A DNA stretch of 64,000 nt from Eledone cirrhosa (lineage: Eukaryota). Location of the stretch: contig CAXHJY010000557.1 in the NCBI GenBank assembly GCA_964016885.1, forward strand, positions 1-64,000, in the 5' to 3' direction. The notes beneath the pieces are model-generated. The model worked only from the letters and a program-made list of their open reading frames with translations. It had not been told where the DNA came from and did no database searches. Positions 59,840 to 64,000 of the stretch are shown here, piece by piece. Made by a program: the position numbers and the translations under genes. Position 1 is the first letter of the stretch, and each line of letters begins with the position of its first letter.

Positions 59840-60190
59840 ATATTCTTTTACTGGTTTCAGTCCTTATGTTGTGGCCATGCTGGGACACCATATTAAAGGA
59901 ATTTAGTTGATCATATCGACTCCCAGTACATATTTTTCAAGTCTAGTACTTATTTTATTGATCTCTCTTTGTTACACCACAAAGTCATGAGGCATAAACA
60001 CAAACATACATACACATATCATTGTCATTGTTTAACATCCATTTTCCATGCTAGCATGGGTAGGCTTCAGCAATTTCTGTCTATTGAATTCCACTGATAG
60101 TGCATTGGTAAACCTGAGGCTATAGTAGAAGATACTTGCCCAGAATCATGTGGTTGTGAAGTAAACTCCTTAACCACACAACCATGCCTA
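59840..60190 (-). mobile_element. tRNA-SINE with an embedded RTE tail fragment
   Basis: TATTCTTTTACTGGTTTCAGTC..GGCCATGCTGGGAC tail; head ..CTTAACCACAC..; GTTTAACATCCATTTTCCATGCTAGCATGGG inserted at ~60030. Confidence 0.65.
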
Positions 60191-60275
60191 AATTTTTATA
60201 ATAAACAACTTGAGTTTTTTCCTTTTTCAAGTGTATATATCTATGGCTAAGAACCAATCCTTTTCAGATGTTTAA

Positions 60276-60686
60276 CCCTTCTGTGACTGAATTTCTAATG
60301 AAATACACTGTATTTCCATTAATTAATTGTTTCTACTTTTGGTACAAGGCCAGCAATTACCCCAGTGTATTACTGGTACTTCATTTTATTGACCCCGTAA
60401 GGATGAAAAGCAAAGTTAACCTCGGCGGGATTTGAACTCAGATCGTAAAGGGGCGTAACTCTATGCTGTAAAGCATGGCGTCCGACCCTCTACTGATACT
60501 GCCAATCCACCACCCTCTATTTCAATTAATTAACGAAGAATCTTTAGTTATTTACTGAAATTATTAAGATAGTAACTTAATATATAGCTCTCATACAAAA
60601 TTATGTTGGAAAATTTTAATTTAAATAGCAAACTTTTAAAATGGATGTTTTTTTCATAGAACCAGGGCTGGTTTTAGGTTAAAGGG
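60276..60686. mobile_element. TTAA-flanked MITE containing a nested SINE (60327-60515, minus strand, ~16-bp TSD)
   Basis: TTAA|CCCTT ... AAGGG|TTAA. The SINE is flanked by TATTTC(C/A)ATTAATTAA at 60311 and 60518. Confidence 0.7.
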
Positions 60687-60829
60687 TTAAAGAAATTCTT
60701 GGAAATGAAAAATATTTGTCATGTTGTCTACAAAAGTAATTAAAAAATAAATCTGCTGATTCACTATTTTAAATGGGAAATATGAATGAAGTTTGAATAT
60801 AAAGAACATTTAAAAAAAATAATACTTAA

Positions 60830-61036
60830 CCCTTTTGAAGCCAAACCACCTGATTCTATGATATAAAAGTATTTATATTTATCTAGAAAACTTACATCAT
60901 AATTTTTTAAGTAAGAACCTTTTAGATTTCAAACAAGCTTTAAAAAAAAACAAAATTAATCATGTTACTAAATCCCTTAAGTTCTTGATTCTTTTAAAAA
61001 TTATTCAATAATCTTAAGCAATGTCTTTCAAAAGGG
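60830..61036. mobile_element. Decayed TTAA-type MITE
   Basis: TTAA|CCCTTTTGAA ... TTCAAAAGGG|TTTA. Confidence 0.6.
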
Positions 61037-61452
61037 TTTACTAAATACTAAGAAATAACCAGCTTTGTATATAAATTCTTAGCTTAGTGGGTTGGTAATA
61101 TCACTTGTATGTATATAGTTGTAATTTGAGATTTTTTTTAAAGAATGGCTTGCAAGATAAGTCTGAAACATAAGAAACTCAAACCATATTACATAAAATA
61201 GTTTAGAAATTTATATTGGCAGCTTTCATTTGGTTAATATCTTCTGGGTTTAAATAAAACAACTTTTGGTGTGATTATTAAAAGAAATGTGATTAATAGA
61301 TTGTGTGTTGAAGCGTTTAATATCAATTATATGTGTGAAGTTTATGTTTATAGATATGAAGTTAAAAATATTTAGCTTTTCAATAAAGCATACATTTTTC
61401 TTGAAGTTATTAGAATTTTGTAAACAACTATAGCATATTAATTAAATGCTAA

Positions 61453-61637
61453 GGGCGGTGAATTGGCAGTATCGGTAGAGGGTTGGACGCTATGCTTTCT
61501 AGCATAGTTACGTTCCTTTACAGTCTGAGTTCAAATCCCGCCGAGGTTAACTTTGCCTTTCATCCTTACGCTGTCGATAAAATAAAGTACCAGTAATGTA
61601 CTGGGTAATTGCTGGCCTTGTGCCTAAAGTAGAAACA
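61453..61637 (+). mobile_element. Full-length SINE with 16-bp target-site duplication
   Basis: GGCGGTGAATTGGCAG head, B-box GAGTTCAAATCC, and TSD ATTAATTAAATGCTAA at 61437 and 61638. Confidence 0.9.
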
Positions 61638-62319
61638 ATTAATTAAATGCTAAATAATGTCTGCAGATCCTAATTAGCAAATTAATTACATGATATATAT
61701 ATCACACATCATCATCGTCATTTTCCATCTCCTTTTTGAGCTGGCATGGGTTTGACCTCAACATGGTCCGAGATTTGACTAGTTGGGGAGATAGCATCTT
61801 GCTCATACATTCCATATTTTGCATGGTTTCTATGACTGGATGCCTTCCTAACATCAACCACCTTACAGAATGCACTGGGTAGATTGTATTCGGTACCAGC
61901 ACTAAAGTTTGTTTTATTGAATTTTCAGTATAGGTAGAACATCGGACAACATGTTTTACAACATATAGTTACATCCCTTTGCATTTTGAGTTCAAATCCC
62001 GCCGATGTTAGCTTTGCCTTTCATCCTTAAGGGGTCAATAAAATGAAGCTCAAGTAACCCCCTTCATTTGATTGGTAATATATCTCTCTTAATCAAAATT
62101 GTTGTAGAACAATTTTGACTGAGTAACGACCATGGTTATTCCTTCTGTAAATATGCATATATATCCTGGAACTAGCTGTTGAAATGGTAACAGCTCAGCT
62201 GTCGGGGTCCTGACTCTTTCTGATAACCATACTCTACTACTCCAACTATTCAGTACTCTGGTGAGTAATGGCCTAACCAGTTTCTTACGGAATCCATCCC
62301 GATCGAGATATATATATAT

Positions 62320-62632
62320 GGAAATGTCATTATGAGAGACTGATGAATGTGGAGAACGAATGGGACAGAGAGAAATTACTCCCAGTAGACCTGACAGAGG
62401 GACCAGCTATTGAGATTGACGAATATAGGGTACAAGAGGCAATTAAGGAAATGAAGAATGGAAAGGCTGCTGGACCGTCGGGGATAGTTGCTGAGATGCT
62501 GAAGGCATCAGAAGTAGGCACTAAACTGGTTGCATGCATCATTAATCAAGCTATATATGGTGGTGTCATACCCCAAAACTGGTGCAGCAGTATTCTCATA
62601 AATTGCTACAAAAATAAAGGGGATGCTCTAGA
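62320..62632 (+). pseudogene. Internal RTE ORF fragment
   Basis: HYERLMNVENEWD...KAAGPSGIVAEMLKAS...NCYKNKGDAL. Interrupted at ~62637 by CAAAGGTTCTCAAC, a possible hAT-type terminus. Confidence 0.82.
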
Positions 62633-63323
62633 GCAAAGGTTCTCAACGGGGGGCGTATGCACCCCCAGGGGGCGTTTGGGAGCAAGGGGGCATTAGGGGG
62701 TCGTTTGGAGCTTTGGTGTGCATTGGAAGGCTCTTTACTTTGGTAAGTTTTATAAGCCATATTTGTATGTCTTTGAGACAGCCAGTGTGAATGCATTTGA
62801 ATGAGCATGCAGACAGCATAACTATGGTCTGACCGCAGGTGTGCAGGCGTGTTTAGACATTATTGAGATCCTAACCATGGAAAAACCGACAGTCAACTGG
62901 GTCAAGGACACTTCAATCGCAGCCAGTTAAAATCTTGTCTCTCCTGCACCGATAACAATGGTGGTGGAGGCGGCGGCGGCGGCGATTTCATTTTACGTCC
63001 GCTTTTTCCCTGCTTGCAAGGGTGGGACGGGAACTGATTCTGGCTTGATTTCTACAGCTGGATGCCCTTCCTAACACCAACCTCATTTACAGTGAGTGCT
63101 GGGTGCTTTTTTTCTGTGGCACCCACACGTCCACTTTACAGTGGAATGATATGGACCCCAGTCCCTATCATCTCATTTCTACAGCTGAGTAAACTGGAGC
63201 AATGTGAAATAAAGTGTCTTGCTCAAGGTAACAACACATCACCTTGAGCAAGACACTATATATATATTATATATCTATATATATCTATATATATATATAT
63301 ATTATATATATATAATATCTATA

Positions 63324-63368
<45 letters not shown>

Positions 63369-63420
63369 ATATTATATATATATATATATAATATCTATCT
63401 ATATATATATATAATATCTA

Positions 63421-63549
63421 TCATCATCATCATCATCATCAACGTTTAACGTCCGTGTTCCACGCTTGCATGGGTTTGGACGGGGGTAGTCTCACTTGAG
63501 GCAAGAGTGATTGTCTTGCTCGCATAGGACTGTCTGGCAGGTTTTCTAT
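63421..63549 (-). mobile_element. RTE 3' tail (second subfamily) within (TA)n
   Basis: Near-identical to 12093-12221. Confidence 0.85.
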
Positions 63550-63938
63550 ATATATATATATATATATATATTTTATATATATATATTATATATATATATA
63601 TATAATATCTATCTATATATATATATAATATCTATATATATATATATATATATTTTATATATATATATAATATCTATATATATATATATATATTTTATAT
63701 ATATATATTATATATATATATATATAAAATCTATATATATATATTATATATATATAATATATATATATATATCTATATATATATTATATATATATATATT
63801 TTATAATATATATATATGTACTAAATATATATATATTATATATATATAATATATATATATATATATTATATATATAATTATATATATAATATCTATATAT
63901 ATATATATATATATATATATTTTATAATATATATATAC

Positions 63939-63974
<36 letters not shown>

Positions 63975-64000
63975 TATATATATATATTTTATAATATATA
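63550..64000. repeat. (TA)n microsatellite
   Basis: Direct reading. Confidence 0.97.

Overview
AT-rich eukaryotic, repeat-dense DNA. The repeat inventory (RTE LINEs with (GAT)n tails, tRNA-SINEs, very long (TA)n arrays) looks like a cephalopod (Octopus-type) genome; this is an inference. Positions 1-32.3 kb are almost entirely kilobase-scale (TA)n-variant microsatellites with retroelements inserted into them: an RTE LINE with an intact 1039-aa EN-RT-PHD-like ORF, truncated RTE copies, and a 5'-truncated CR1-group LINE. The most interesting content is non-coding. A ~467-nt tandem-repeated, highly structured unit carrying a minimal type I hammerhead ribozyme (retrozyme / non-autonomous Penelope-like) occurs at three loci. 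It is inserted as head-to-head fold-backs whose 3' ends run into (TA)n, and one copy is fused to the 3' end of the CR1 LINE. A second hammerhead family and further long palindromes share this architecture. Positions 32.3-64 kb hold older SINEs, MITEs, a Helitron, decayed RTEs, a CT-rich minisatellite and a 25-bp minisatellite. No host protein-coding gene is confidently seen, and almost all listed ORFs are microsatellite translations.
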